Under the pieces are notes generated by a model. It was given only the letters and a program-made list of their open reading frames with translations, did no database searches and was not told where the DNA came from. Shown piece by piece: positions 50,601 through 64,000 of a DNA stretch of 64,000 nt. Positions within the stretch are counted from its first letter, which is position 1, and the number at the start of each line of letters is the position of its first letter. Where the stretch lies: positions 40,672,001 through 40,736,000 of the forward strand of contig OX638156.1 of the NCBI GenBank assembly GCA_951804945.1, in the 5' to 3' direction. Made by a program: the position numbers and the translations under genes. The stretch comes from Podarcis cretensis (Eukaryota).

Positions 50601-53443
50601 GCATTCGGTTGCTTCTGGGCATGTGCAGAGTGGACTGCCTGCCGCAGCTGAGAGCAGTCAGAGGCACCACCTCTCTCGTTGTTTTGTGTTGGTGCCCAAG
50701 AGTTTGATTGCTTCCTGAGGGCACTTCAGTGGCAGAGAGTACTGGAGCGGAAGACCCCGGGTCCAGCCCCGGAAGAGCTGCTGCCAGTCCGTGTAGGCAG
50801 TACAGGACAAGATGGATCTGACGGCAGCCTTCCCCAACTACCTGCCTAACAGATGTTTTGGGCTGCGCTTGACCCCAGCATCCTACAGCTGTGCTGGGTG
50901 AGAGGAGTTTCAGTCAGAAACATCTGGAGGGCACCAGAATGGGGCTCCACCCACCCCACCTCATTCTCTGTTCCCAGCAATGGTCAGACAGGAGTCTCAA
51001 AGAGAAGCCCCACAAACAGGACATGATGGCAACATTGCATGCCCCCAGCACCTGCTGTCCAGATGTAGACTGCCTCTGGATGTAGAGGTTGCATTTAACT
51101 GTGATGTTAGACAAACCTACAGAGGGAAGGCCTACGTCAGTGGCAATCATTGCCCCTTGAGGTGAGGGGGTGACCATAAGCTGATGGTTTGTTTTGCGTG
51201 TCTGAATGGACTTTTATCCTTACTTAACAATCTCTGTCAGTAAACTTCATTGCATGTCCCTGAGGCATAGTTTTTAAAAGAGCTCCGACTTCTTAACTGT
51301 GTGACGTCCTATGTATCAAATTTTTGCATCTTGATACAGAGCACTACCGAAACCTGTGTTTCAGGTCAGCCTTCTAAATGAGCCCACAAAAGTCTCTAGT
51401 CTGCTAAGAGCCTGCCCTGGAGGATTCTCCCCTGTCTAGTAAGCAGACTGGGGGAGGAGGGAGGGAGAGCTCATTCTGCTGCCCTTGAGCCATTAGGCCA
51501 ACCCATTTGCTTTCTGTGCTGGTAGCCACAAGGGAACTGACTTTCCTTCACAGCTCAGCACAGGAAGCAAGTGAGGTTGGATCTGCTCCTCCGCTAGCCT
51601 GTTGTTGTGTTTCTGTTTTGGCTTCCCTCTCCTCTGTGTCTACAACAAAAACCAAGCCATGCAGTGATCTCTCTCCCCGCCAGCCCACTCACTTGCCAGC
51701 ATGGAATTCCTTGTTGCCTATAGTGACTAGGCTTGCTATTTAAAGCTGGTTCCGATGGGTTTCTCTCTCCAGCATTTTGCACAGTGAAGAAGGATAGAAA
51801 GAGTTGACACAGCTTCTCCCTGCAATTTCTGCTCTCCAGCAGCCCTTTGCCATCATGGCCCTGGCTGCCTTCCATTTCCTGAGGTATTTAAATTGGTTGT
51901 CTTTATGCCTTTAGGAAATAACACTTCAAATGTCTTCATTTGCTGTTTGCAGTATGCACTTGTCTGCTCAGGGTTTGTGTTCCTTTTTGTTTTCATCCAG
52001 GGGCAATATGCTTTGCACTCCCTGCCCCCATTCTTATGACTTCCATAACCCCAGGCAGAGTTGCAGTTGACTGTCAGTAGATGCAGTAGAATGGCAGCTT
52101 GTATATTTTTTAATTTGCACCTTCTTGTATTGCACTATTGCACAAATATTTCATTCCCCCCCCCAAAGGCTTTGCATGTTAGTTAAAGACCAGTTTAAAA
52201 GTGAGTGGATGAAGCATATCTAATCCATGATAATATTATTAATGTTCACTTAAAACCAACACTGAATTATTTGATGAAGAGGATCTTAAATCAAATGAAT
52301 ATATAGACAAAATGCTTCATTATGCAGTATGCTGAATTCTTGTTCCTCTGTGATACATACTATCTGAGCCTCTGCTATAGTCGTTTCAAAAGAACCTCCA
52401 AGTTTCTTTAATGGATTTTAATTCTTCCATGTAACATCTCTTTTACAGATCCTTCATTGTTGAGTAATTCTCTCTCCTGAAATTAAATACGACTTGAGTA
52501 AGATTTTCTAGATATTCTTTCACTTGCAGACATGTTGAATTTGATCATGCTGTGCTTGCTACTGCTCCCAGAAAGTTTTTCCTGTGCTGTCACTTAACAG
52601 TTTCCTGTAGTGCTCCATGATTCTGATTTCCTAAATGGATATTGAGGAAAACCAAGGAAAGGGTTAATGAATTTAGGAGGGTCCAGGGAGAGCGACATGT
52701 GGCTGGAGACCTTTAAATTCTCAGGTTTTTCCAGGATGCCAAATTCTGTGCCAGACAGCAGGTTCTGTGACTGCCCCGGAGCTGCATCGGATAGCACCCA
52801 ATAAGTTGGTTGGAGTCAAAGCTGTGAGGCAACTGCATCCTAATCTCTGAGCATAGTTTATGTGATGCTTCTGTGATGGATGTGGGCCCAGAACAGAAGT
52901 GCTTAGTGAAGGAAACACTTCTGTGCCCATTGCTGCTTTTAAAACAGCACAGTATAAAATATTCTTTTATTGACATATCTGCACTGTTGGCATAGCCTCC
53001 CACTTGTTGTGTTTGTGTGGCATGGTGTGCTTTGCAAAGAGTTGGGGGTCCAACTTTGTCGAGTTTCTCAGACTGCAGGTTCAAGGATTGGGCTGGAAGG
53101 GTTTTAATGAAAAAATATTAGCACCCAGTTGGCTCCCATCTTAGACTCAGGAGCCAGTTCAGACTTGCAGTTGAAAATAGGCAAGTTGATGAGCACACGT
53201 GTTTTAGTTTGTGGGCAATGCAACACACATCATGTTACCAAAACCCCTGCAGTCACTGCATGATAAAATCTGCAAGATCCCAAGCACAAAAGCGTACATG
53301 GCAGAGTAACAAGCCTGGTGGTTTCTTTTAATTAAAATCCTGGTTGAAACCTACTGTTACAAGATGTAAAAGGCAAAGACATTTTAGAGAGTGTGAGAAA
53401 AGTTATTGTGTAACACCAAGCTGGCTGTTGCTCCATCAATATA

Positions 53444-53685
53444 CAGTGGTACCTCGGGTTAAGTACTTAATTCGTTCCGGAGGTCCGTACTTAACCTGAA
53501 ACTGTTCTTAACCTGAAGCACCACTTTAGCTAATGGGGCCTCCTGCTGCTGCCGTGCTGCTGGAGCCCCATTTCTGTTCTCATCCTGAAGCAAAGTTCTT
53601 TACCGGAAGCACTATTTCTGGGTTAGCGGAGCCTTTAACCTGAAGTGTCTGTAACCTGAAGCATATGTAACCTGAGGTACCACTG
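53444..53685. mobile_element. Tc1/mariner (Tigger/pogo-like) MITE
   Basis: TIRs CAGTGGTACCTC / GAGGTACCACTG, TA TSD on both sides, internal TAACCTGAA repeats. Confidence 0.9.
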
Positions 53686-54267
53686 TAGACTGGCAGCCGT
53701 GGGGTCTTCTGGAGCCTGCTGTGCTCCTGACGATGCCAAGGGCTGCAAACCAAACCTGCACTGAGGAGGCAGCAGCCAACTTGAGGCTGCTCAGGAATTT
53801 TCTGAATTGTCTCTGGATTTTTGTTGTTTCTAGAGCATCTGTGCACACTGCACCTCCTCTTGGATGATGGGGCCTGCCACTTTGACCCATACTTTTGCAA
53901 CTGCTGAGCTTGACTGCTTTGGTATGCTTCATGTGGGGCTGCCCTTGATGATGACTTGGGAGATGCAAAATTGTCAGAGGGAAGAAGCAAGGAGCATCTT
54001 TTCCTCCTTCAGTTCCAGAGGAGGGGTTGGCACCACAGCTCATTGGCCCAGTTCAAGGTGCTCATGCTTAAGCTATAAAGATTCCCATAGTCTAGTACGC
54101 AGATGCCTCTGACACAAGTCATCTCTATTGCTTTCTTTGTTTACCCAACCAGATACTGCTTCATTAGAGCATCTGTTGCTAGGACGGCACTCTCTCCCTC
54201 TGGAACTGAGGATTTGTTCTTATAATTTGAAAGGACTGTCACAACTTTTCCTTGCCTGCTTCTAGCA

Positions 54268-54406
54268 CAGCCTATCCCAGTCTGGTGTCCTCTGGATCTT
54301 TTGGACTACAACTCACATCAATTCTCACCAGCACAGGTGTATGATGCTGGGGAGGATGGCAGTTGTGGTCTAAAACATCTGGAGGGCACCAGATGGGGAA
54401 AGGCTA
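54268..54406. mobile_element. Short palindromic hAT-type MITE
   Basis: CAGCCTATCCC...GGGAAAGGCTA ends, internal GGACTACAACTC/AGTTGTGGTC, degenerate 8-bp TSD TTCTAGCA/CTCTAGGA. Relatives near 30557-30683, 43270-43360, 50825-50947 and 60222-60270. Confidence 0.65.
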
Positions 54407-55224
54407 CTCTAGGATTTCTCCTTGGGAGTTTTTTCTAAATGGCTGAGAACATCTTCTAGCCAAGGTTGTTGTTGTTTTTTAAATTGTGGTTCATCAGTTG
54501 TTTGCAGTTGCCTTGAACCCATGTCAGAAAAGCAGCAAATACATATTTTAAAATAAACAATTTAAACCATTCATGGATGGCTAAGTTCGTAGATCCAGCC
54601 CCAAGGCAGTTTCACAGGCTAGCTGAGGTGCAGTAAAAGTTTGCCCAGGGTTCTTACCTGAGAGGGGAAAAGAAAAGAGTTCAAAGTTTTTCCTCACTTT
54701 AATTGCCTCTTTATTTTCTTTGTGACATCTAAATTGCAAATCTTACATCTGCATGGAGTGCAAGGGAGCCAACAGCAAAAGTGCAAAATGTACTTCTGGC
54801 TTTTGGAGCGTGGCCTGCAAAACCAGAGGTCAGGTTCTTGAGAAGACAGTTGATGGCCAAATTCGTAGTTGGTCTTTTCAGTAGCTGTTGCAGTTAAGAG
54901 GCCTCGTTGCTCTTTGTATGTGTGTGAGAGACAATGCTTCTAGGGGTACTGCTGGACAAGTGTGTGATCTGCATTGCACTCAGATCTGTTTATGTGCAGT
55001 GCTTTTGTAGAGAGCTGGATGGCACAAGAGCCATCCAGCGCAACACAAAGTCATCATTTTTTAGCAGCAGATTCTTGCGGGGATCTTTAGGTCTGACTGT
55101 ATAGGTGCCTTTCCCCCCTACCCTTTTCTAGACCTGTGTGCCAGAGCTCCAGAGGAGGGGACAATGAAAACGTTAAAGGCTCACGCTGGGCAGCGGCAGC
55201 CACACATTCCACCCACATAAAGTA

Positions 55225-55449
55225 CAGTGGTACCTAGGTTACATACTCTTCAGGTTACAGACTCCGCTAACCCAGAAATAGTACCTCTGGTTAAGAACTT
55301 TGCTTCAGGATAAGAACAGAAATTGTGCTCTGGCAGCGCGGCAGCAGCAGCAGGCCCCATTAGCTAAAGTGGTGCTTCAGGTTAAGAACAGTTTCAGGTT
55401 AAGAACAGACCTCTGGAACGAATTAACTACTTAACCCGAGGTACCACTG
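55225..55449. mobile_element. Tc1/mariner MITE, same family as 53444-53685, opposite orientation
   Basis: TA-CAGTGGTACCT...GAGGTACCACTG-TA; the internal sequence is the reverse complement of the first copy. Confidence 0.9.
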
Positions 55450-55868
55450 TACTTTAAACTGTAGAATTGAATCTCTGCTCTGTGGTGCCCAGTGTGATAT
55501 AGTGGGCAGTTAATTATAATTGCAACAGTTAACCTTGAAGAATAATCCAGTTGGACACTTCAACTCACTTAACAACAACAACAACAACAACACCATTATC
55601 ATCATCATCATCATCATCATCTAAAATGAGCTGGAGAAATCTATACTCAGGCAATGTTACTATGTATGGCCCAGATTTCTGAAACTTCTCAATATGTATG
55701 AAAATCCCCAGGCACTCTCTGTCCAGAAACCTTTTAAAAGGGTTTCATTATTGGTTTCATTGGCCCACACAGACTTAAGAGGAGGAGGAGCCCTGTCAAA
55801 AGCACAGAGAACTGAGGAATGAGGGGGGCACATGGGAAACGTTCCTGCCCATTTAGCAGCCACTTTCA

Positions 55869-55936
55869 TGGGCGCACAACCCCAGAGTCTGTCAAGACTG
55901 GCCCGTACGGGCAGGGGTACCTTTACCTTTACCTTT
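55869..55936 (+). mobile_element. Sauria SINE 3' fragment
   Basis: CAACCCCAGAGTCTGTCAAGACTGGCCC...(ACCTTT)3. Confidence 0.8.
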
Positions 55937-58309
55937 TTCCTTCAGGTACTGTGAGGTTTGCGGTTTTGCTATTCATGCAGCCTCTCTTCAGTCTCCTGAT
56001 TTTCCTGTGGATAGAGAGTAGGCTCTTGGCTCTGTTTGGCTGCCACCGCCGCTGCCTCCTGATCCTGTGAGCAGCCAAGCCTTGTTCATCTACACAGGAG
56101 GATGTGGAGTAAGCCTGAATCATGTGGCAAAAGTGACTTCATTGGAAAGTTTAAATACCAGCGGTTACTTCAAACCCCTTACTTGCACTGTAATTCCTGC
56201 CCCCAATCAGAGAGTGTTTTAAGTAAAGAGGGAGCTGAAAACATTACTAGAGTGTTATCCTCTCTTAGAATGACTCTGTTCCAATTCTAAAGCGACTTGG
56301 TGTGTGAAGTTCCTTCTGGCCAGCACCACATCTCAATCTGTTTGCCGGTCCCCACTCACTCAGTGTAGGAACTCCATGCAAATGAAATGTCAGGGTTTGT
56401 TTCAGCATAAGCTTTATTTAAGTTGTAAACCACCCTGTGATCTGCAGATAAAGGGCAGTATAAAAAAAAATAATTACTCATAATCCTAATACATTTTATT
56501 CTATAGCCCACTTTCTCTATGAAGGTGAAGGTGAAGAACCTGCTTCCTCCATCTCTTCCATTTTATCGTTGTGCCAAACTGCATATTGTATCGCATCCTA
56601 TAAGAAGAGCCCTGCAGCTGGATTTGACCAGAGGTCCTTCAAGGTCAGCCTCCCATCCCTCTTGGTAGACGCTCTTTCTGACTGCCCCCCCCCCACTTGC
56701 CCTCTCTCTCTCCCTGGGCCAAGGCCTTGCCAAGCTGCCTCGGATTTATCTGTGGTTGGCTCAAATTCCCCCTCAATTGGCAGTTTTCTTTCCACCTGGT
56801 GGAGTCCGCAGGCTGATATCCAGCCAATGGAAGGGTTTCAACAGCTCCAGCAGAGCTGCTTCTTGCTGCAGTGCAGCACCATGAAAAGGAGGTGGGGTTC
56901 CTCCTCCTCCTAGAAAGTATGCCAGATGCACGCTCAAGTCTAGTGTTGCTTTTTTGCAGCAACTGTTATGAGAAAAAGGAGGAACCTCCACTTAAGTGAT
57001 GGCACAATGGATTCAGTATGCAGCATGGGCCCTCTGGAGAAGGTGACTGTTTCTGTAGAAACTGTTATAGGCTGCTAACCCTCCGTGATCTTCCACCACC
57101 CCTTCCCTACCAGACGTCCAAGCTCAGTGCTTATATTGGGGAAACACATGTTTTCGGAATGAAAATTGAAGAAGGGCTTCCCTTTTGGCACCCAGCAAAA
57201 TCATTTGGCCCGAAAGGAGCCATCCCCTCTGTTCTTGTTGGACAGAAGAAGGAAGTCCAGGGCAGCGAGGTCAGATCATCCAGTCTGCATGAGGGGACAG
57301 TTCATTTGCACCTAGTGTCCAGCATATGGAATGACAGAGAGGGCAAACTGATAATGAAGCAGCAGGCCCAGAATGCATCAGAGTGCATTTAAGAGCAAGT
57401 TTTAGCTCCCAGGATTCTTCATGAAAGTGATGGAGAAGAACAGAAAAGTTGCATTGTAATCACCATAAGCCTGTTCCATGCTGGAGGCTGGATTGAGCCT
57501 TCAGGAAGCAAAAGAATTGAGAGTACCCAGTGCAGCTGATTCTGGTCAGCAGCTGTCAACAGGACCCCTGCATCCCAGGGCAGGAGATGCCTGTAGTTGG
57601 TCTGATAAGGTGGCTGTTTAGAAGGCAGTAAGACCAGGCCCAATTTTTCCTTTTCCTTTTTTGAGGGCCACTTCCTTTCTTAGCCTCTTTTCTTTTGCTG
57701 CAGCTCTCACTTGAATGGAGGGCGAGCCTGAGTGCATCTCTCTTGACAACAGGCTCAGACTCTGGGCTCATCTACACCTCCATTTGCCCCACTGCTTTCC
57801 CCCAGGAAAACACATAGTTTAGTGCTGAATCGGAACAATGGGTGCATTCTTCTTGAAGCTGTCAAGCTGTGAAAATCATGTCCACTGTCCCCCTAGAAGG
57901 TCGAAAACCATTTTGGGATTCAGGAAGGGTAGCTTTGGATATTGTCAGGAGATGGTTTGTTAAGATACTTGCAAGAATTTTGCCGGCTGCAGCTTAATAA
58001 TCAAGGTGCCTCGATAGTTTCCACAATCCGTTCTATCACCTTTTTAAAAAAAGAGATTGATAATTTTGGTATGCCTGTTCCCCTATTGAAAAATAGCTTT
58101 TCCCACTAGCATAGCTGAAACCTGCTTCCATGCAATTTCTGCCACTTGGTTCTAGGCAGCTCTCATGGGGATCCCCACTCCCATTGGAAACCCCTCTTTG
58201 CCAGGCTAACCATAGCCCAGCTCTTTCCACTGTTCCTCAGAGGGGTCCCTGGTCACCATCCTGGTCTTCCTCTTCTGGGCACACTCTATTTGGCCAACGC
58301 CCTCTTTTA

Positions 58310-59450
58310 AAAAATTCATTTCAAGTTTTTCTTTTTGATGTTTTATACAGGTAACCCTTTGGGTGCTGGGGGGGGGTGGTGGATAAAAAAAAATGTTGAG
58401 GAGGGTGTGCACAGTCACTTGATGTGACTTCCAGAGTATCCTTCATACAGCCTGAAGGAAACATGTCCATATATGAGATTGATACACCTGAGACCTTTCC
58501 ATCTTGTCTTACTTTGTGGAAAGCTGCTTCCTCATATGCAGCACAGTCAAGTCACATCCTCCGGCCATTGCACTAATGAACAGGGCAGGGGGTGGCTGTT
58601 CTTTCCAGTCCTGGAATAAGAGCCGGTTAGCCACCATGACTGTACGTAGGAGCCAGTCACATTCTCCATCAGTCATTGCTATCTTTTTTTTAAAAGAACC
58701 CCAAGATATGAAACAGGCTTCAGACTGTTGCAAAAGAAATAGGAGAAAATCTTGGGCTCAGAATTCTCTAATGCTGAGTACTAAAACTGGATGGACTGCA
58801 CAGTCCTTCCATGTAAAAATCCATTGTGGTGATCACAATCATTTTTAATTACTGCAATATACTTTGTGGGAGTGGGGTGGCTAATATTGTTAAACATATG
58901 GCAGTAAAAAAGCATTGCCTGGATCCTTCTGCCCACCTTCAATCTAGATCTAGAGGACTTGATGCCGCCTGAACAAACTCCCACCACAGAGAAAGCTAGC
59001 ATGTTGAGGCATGCCCTGCCATGCTAGTTTTTGTATATGCACGGTGGCTGTGTTGTGGTTTTGGTCTCTTTGCCAGTACCTCAGAACCAACTTCAAGAAG
59101 GTGCTGCCTATCTGAGCCGTTTAAATATTCATAATCCATAGCCAGATGGGGTTGGTGGCGGCGGCATACATAGCTTTTGAGGTGCAGTGAGTGGGTGGGG
59201 AGAGATGCTTCAAGTGAGTTTTCTTGCCCCAAGTCCCCCTTTTGTAAGCCGCTCTGGGGATTTTGCTGAGGGGTGGGAAGTGCAAATCCCTAACTGCTTC
59301 CAGCTGTGCCAGAGCTGCTTTTGCAGCAAATCTCTCTCCCATTGCAGGGATTACCCTGGATTCCTCCAGCTGCTGTTTTAAGAAGGAGCCCATAGAGAGA
59401 AGAGCTTGCTTTGCCTCTTGGCAGATAATGTAAGGGGAGGGGCTAAATCC
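58310..59450 (-). mobile_element. Old degenerate L1-type LINE fragment
   Basis: T-rich end at ~58325. Minus peptide WLLRTVMVANRLLFQDWKEQPPP resembles an L1 ORF2 C-terminus. Boundaries approximate. Confidence 0.4.
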
Positions 59451-60299
59451 AGGCAGAAGGAGGGAGAGGGTGTCATGGATACAAGCTGGACCAATTGATG
59501 GCTGTTGGGTGGGCATCAGAGTGACCTGCTGGAGGAAGAGGTGGAAGAGGAGGAGGAGGAAGGAGGACAGGAGGATATGAGATGCTGAGAAGAGGAGACT
59601 GAGAGTTGTCCTCTTCAATCTTGAAATATGAAATGTGCTGGTGAATGGGAACCCTTGAAGGGTCATCACAGGTCAGTGGGAAACAGCAAAAGCCTAACAC
59701 CTCTGAGCCAGGAGAGGAGAGCATTTTCATGTTAAGGATTGCATTTCCTTGGGTGGCACATGTAAACTATTTTGGGCCAGATCCTGGACCATACTTTCTC
59801 TTGCTCTTTTTCTGCATACATTCCAATTATTTCCTGTTGTGGAGCTAAATCGTTGAGCTTATTTTTGCCTTTTGGCCATGCCTTGTTAAGCTATTCAGTT
59901 AGTGAGTTGCTTGACCAGCTTGACATCCTTTAGGATTCAGGTCACTTTCCAGGCACTGCAGCAGTTAAATCTCTGGGTGGGGGAGGGGATCCATTTTGCC
60001 TATTGCACGTGTAGGTAAATGTGTGCTGGCTCCACATGGAAACTCCACTGGAGTTGCTTTTTGCCAGTTCGTCTGCTAAATTGGTTGATAAACCTCCTGA
60101 TTCTAGGGCATAGTGGTTGACTCGCATGTCCTTAAGAAGAAAAACAACCTTGCCTTTAAATACATTACAGGCAGGGTTGTGTTGGAATGAATAAAGGGAG
60201 CATATGGCTTTGTGGGGCAGGGCAGCTTCCCCCAACCTGGTGCCCTCTTGATATTTTGGACTGCAACTCAAAAGAAGGGATTGTGAGGAGCTCCAGATG

Positions 60300-60830
60300 G
60301 AGAATGAGCAGCAAAATGGCAAGTGCAGTTCGGTGTAACAACTGTGAAGTGATGCACGTTGGGGCAAAAATATATTGATTTTACAGCTACGCTCCCGGGG
60401 TGGTGACTGACCAGGAATGAAACCTTGGGGTCACAGTACATAACTCAATGAAGATGTCACCCCAGTGTACACCATTTGTGGAAAAGGCATATTCTATGCT
60501 AGGGATCATTAAATTAAACTGCCAATATCATCATGCCACTACAGTATACAAATCTATGGTGTGATCGCATTTGGAATGCTATGTACGGTTCTGGTTGTCT
60601 CACCTCAAAAAGGATATTGTAGGGCTGGAAAAAGGTTCAGCAAAGGGAAACCAAAATGTCCAAGAGGATGGGAGTGACTCCCCTATGAAGAAATGTTTTG
60701 GCAATTGAGTCTTTTTAGTTTATAGAAAAGGTGAGTAAGAGGCAACATGATGAAAGTTTATAAAATTACGCATGGCTTGGAGAAAGCGGAAAGAGCTAAG
60801 TTTTTCTCCCTCTTTCATAACACTAGGACT
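60300..60830 (+). mobile_element. CR1 LINE ORF2 fragment
   Basis: KWQVQF..CEVMHVG, then remnants of LYKSMV..HLECYVRFWLSHLKKDI.GLEK and RGNMMKVYKI.HGLEK. Confidence 0.8.
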
Positions 60831-61455
60831 AGGTTGGAAGTTGACCAGGTTACTCATAATGGTTTTATTGTACCTAGAATATTTTTGTATATTTTTAATT
60901 GATATGTATTAATTATTATAAGCAGGCTTGGAAATTTTATTGACAGGTGAGGTATAAATTCCTATAAAAAGAAATAAATAATTGTGGTTTTTTTCTACCA
61001 TTCTGAAGCATGCAATGGTATTTTGGTAGCCAAGATTTCTAGCCAAACTAAAATATATTGATTTCATTGACTATTTCAGATAACAAGGTAATCCTAGGAT
61101 CCGTTCCTATTAGGTGTCAAAGTATCTTAGCAGAATTTACAAAACATATTGCTGCCACTTCCATATTTAGACACCTCCCCCACCCCACCCCAGGTGTGTA
61201 TGAAGCTATTTAGCAAATTTGTGTGTTTGGGCTTTCTTAAGAGTGAAGGCATAACTTACCTTTGTTCACTGAACCTGAGTGCCCAGGTCATTCTTGTTGC
61301 TTAAGAACTTTAGGAGTGCCCTGCTGAATCAGGCCAAAGTGCTGGGTTCTTAGCATGAATCCCAGGAAATGGCAAGTTCCAAGCAGTCCTGACCAATCAG
61401 TTGTTTTCCATGAAATACCTCAGTTTCTCAGCTAGTAATTTTATCACCTGTAGCC

Positions 61456-61592
61456 AGGACTCTCCTTCACTGGAGGCTTTTAAGCGGAGGTTGGATGGCC
61501 ATCTATAATGGGTGCTTTAGTTGAGATTCCTGCATGGTAGGGGGTTGGACTAGATGACTCTCAGAGGTCCCTCCAAACTCTACAGTTCTATG
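61456..61592 (+). mobile_element. CR1 LINE 3' end
   Basis: SPSLEAFKRRLDGHL followed by GGGGGTTGGACTAGATGA...GGTCCCTCCAAACTCTACAGTTCTATGA. Confidence 0.8.
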
Positions 61593-62276
61593 AATTGTGT
61601 CTCAGTCTTAAAGCTAACTTTAAGATCTACCAGGACTAGCATCTAGCATTCTGTAAATTTATGATAACCTTTGTAGCTATGAGCCCTGTTTACTGTAGGA
61701 ACTGCTATCTTTGTCAGGCATGCTGTGGTTGCACACTGTGGTTAATGTTAGCTTATTGTTCATTTGAAACAACCAACTTCAAAACTGCACAGCCAGAGGA
61801 GGAATCAGGAGGGGTGAGAGGCTGCAGGGCTCAAGCGGCCCTTGTGTGTGTAGCCCTTAACTTGGATGGCTGAGGCTTTTGTCTGCGTGAGGATGGGGCT
61901 CTTTCATGGAATGTACTCAACAGTTACCAAATTGGGAGTTTTTCATCAGACATACAATGAAAACAAGACGAAACACATAAACAACCCTTGCAACACTTCC
62001 AACAAATCACAAAGGGCACACATTTTGTATAAACGTCATTTGTTAATCTGAGGAAGGCAGGCAAGGTGAAGAATCTTTAATATCGGAGGTCGCAGGAATG
62101 TCTGGGAAGCAAGGCAGCTGGTCTGCAGTTGAAGTCCAGAGTGAACAATAGGAGACTTTTGGTTCTCCTCTCGGAATCTTTTGACTTTGAGACCTGAGTG
62201 CATCCTGAAGCTGTCACTTTTATGCCACTGAATATCATTCAAGCAATTTATTGTACTATAAAATAATTCACATATA

Positions 62277-62513
62277 CAGTGGTACCTCGGTTTAAGAACA
62301 GTCCAGTTTAAGAACGATTTGGTTTACAAACTCCACAAAACCAGAAATAGTGTCTTGGTTTGAGCACTTTACCTCGGTCTAAGAACGGAATCCAAACGGT
62401 GGAAGGGCACCAGTGGCGGGAGGCCTCACTAGGGAAAGTGTGCCTTGGTTTAAGAATGGTTTTGGTTTAAGAATGGACTTCCAGAACAGATTAAGTTTGT
62501 AAACCAAGGTACC
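62277..62513. mobile_element. Tc1/mariner MITE, related subfamily, right TIR eroded
   Basis: TA-CAGTGGTACCTCGG on the left. The right end CCAAGGTACC runs into (CT)n(GT)n. Confidence 0.8.
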
Positions 62514-63139
62514 TCTCTCTCTCCCCGTGTGTGTGTGTGTGTGTGTGTGTGTTATACAGAAACAATTGACACAGACTTTCATAAAGAGCACACTAGCAGT
62601 AGCTCAGTTTTGAAAGTGTGGAAGCTTACAGGCCAAGCTTGCCAGTTCTAAAAGCAGAGGCAGAAATGCAAAGCCAGACCTAGATGGGGTAAAATTGGGC
62701 AAGTTGGAGAAAGAAGCTTGAAGCAAAGAGGAGTGGCAGGTGAAGTGAAGAGATGAAATGGATGGTGACTGGGGCTGTTTGCTGCCAGAAGAGAAATAGA
62801 AGTTTCCAGAAGAGGAAGAAGGCTTTTGGGTATTGACTTTGTGAGGCATAGGCATTAGGTAAGATTCGGGCAAGAATGGAAAGAAAGCTGTGGGAGACTT
62901 GGGGGGCATGGCTGGCGAATGGGCAAGTTATATACCAGCAAAAAAGCAGAAGTGCAGATGAGGAAGGAGAAAAGGACAAAGCAAAGAGCAGATCTCCGAA
63001 AGCAAGATTGGGGAAAGGGGGGCTGGGAGTGAGCGAAAGCTGGTAGTCCTGTAGAGGATAGATTGGGGGCAAGAAGGAAAATATAGACTTTGGGCAGCTA
63101 ATGGTCCATGCACTCTGGCATTCATCACAGTCTCCCATT

Positions 63140-63272
63140 GCACCAGAAGCGGTTTAGTCATGCTGGCCACATGACCTGGAAAGCTGTCTGTGGACAAATG
63201 GGAGATGAGCACCACTCCCCATAGTCACCTTGGACTGGGCTTAACCATCCAGGGGTCCTTTACCTTACCTTT
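63140..63272 (+). mobile_element. Sauria SINE 3' half
   Basis: CCAGAAGCGGTTTAGTCATGCTGGCCACATGACC...CAGGGGTCCTTTACCTTACCTTT. Confidence 0.8.
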
Positions 63273-64000
63273 TGCCTTACTTCTGCAAAGATGAAGACTT
63301 GGTGGTGGAGCTGAGAAGAGACAAAACGGGGTTTCCACATGGAATGTCGTCGTGAAATGAGTGAGATTTCTTTTCCAAAGGTTCCCAGCTGCTGAGGCAA
63401 AAAGCAGTTGTTTTTATGCCCAAGATAAGGGCTTCATGATGTAAATAGAAGCAAAGACTTGCAATCTATTTTTTCCTGTCTACTCAAACTCCCTGTATTC
63501 AGAGATTGTTGTTTCCTTGGTTAAAGGTCTTGGTCCAACAAAAGAAAGGGTAAAACCAACCTGAGCTGCAACCACCCTTGTCTGTTGCTTCTAAGTGGGG
63601 GACTTGGTTTTTCAATTTAACAAGCAATTCAGAAGGAGCCACAGGTGTGGGGGCTGAGACAGTGCTGTAGATGCTCCTCCACCAGGCTTTTGGTTATGAC
63701 TCAAGCTGCTCCGATCTCTTTGTATGCCTAGAATTTCAGCTGCCGTAATTTGAATCAAGTTGATCTCATAACAGTGGCTATATTAAAAAATAATTCACCA
63801 GGAGCACTCACTGGCTTAAGTAAGGGGCAGCTTCATCAGGGATTGAATCTTGTGAAAGCAACATGCTTGCTGCAGAATGAATAGAGCATTGGTCAGAATA
63901 ATGGACATACTGTGTGTTTGCATGTAAGTGGGGCAAACAATGCAATGCAGAGGCTCTTGTCTTTCTATTGACAAAGTCGGCCTTGAACTCTTGCCAGTGA

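Noticed and set aside
49366-50724. Long overlapping ORFs (up to 409 aa) on both strands
   Set aside because: GC-rich CpG island depleted of stop codons; low-complexity R/P/G/A peptides in several frames with no recognisable domain.
50600-64000. ST3GAL2 coding exons
   Set aside because: No sialyltransferase N-terminus or sialylmotif is seen in any frame; the region looks like repeat-rich intron.

Overview
Vertebrate genomic DNA from a squamate reptile, most likely a lacertid lizard, judged from Sauria/POM-type SINEs, BovB, CR1, L2 and L1 repeats. The window holds the conserved SF3B3-COG4-FCSK(FUK)-(ST3GAL2) block. SF3B3 (- strand) is present as its 5' part only, with three coding exons and an intronic SNORD111-family C/D box snoRNA. 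COG4 (+ strand) is complete, with 19 exons and about 786 aa. FCSK, fucose kinase (- strand), is complete, with 23 coding exons and about 1090 aa, and lies tail-to-tail with COG4. A CpG-island first exon and long intron at 49.3-64 kb are assigned to ST3GAL2 by synteny only. Exon boundaries were read by hand (GT-AG, frame-consistent). The most unusual non-genic structure is a ~405 bp insertion in FCSK intron 19 that is almost entirely one long hairpin (~165 bp arms) bounded by a 14-bp direct repeat. Other points of note: two TG..CA solo-LTR-like inserts with 5-bp TSDs, one of them a transcription-factor-motif cassette beside the FCSK promoter; a young hAT MITE in the COG4 3' region; a tRNA-Lys/CR1 hybrid SINE; and several nested retro-insertions. 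I found no clearly novel protein-coding system. Family names and human comparisons are from memory, not database searches.
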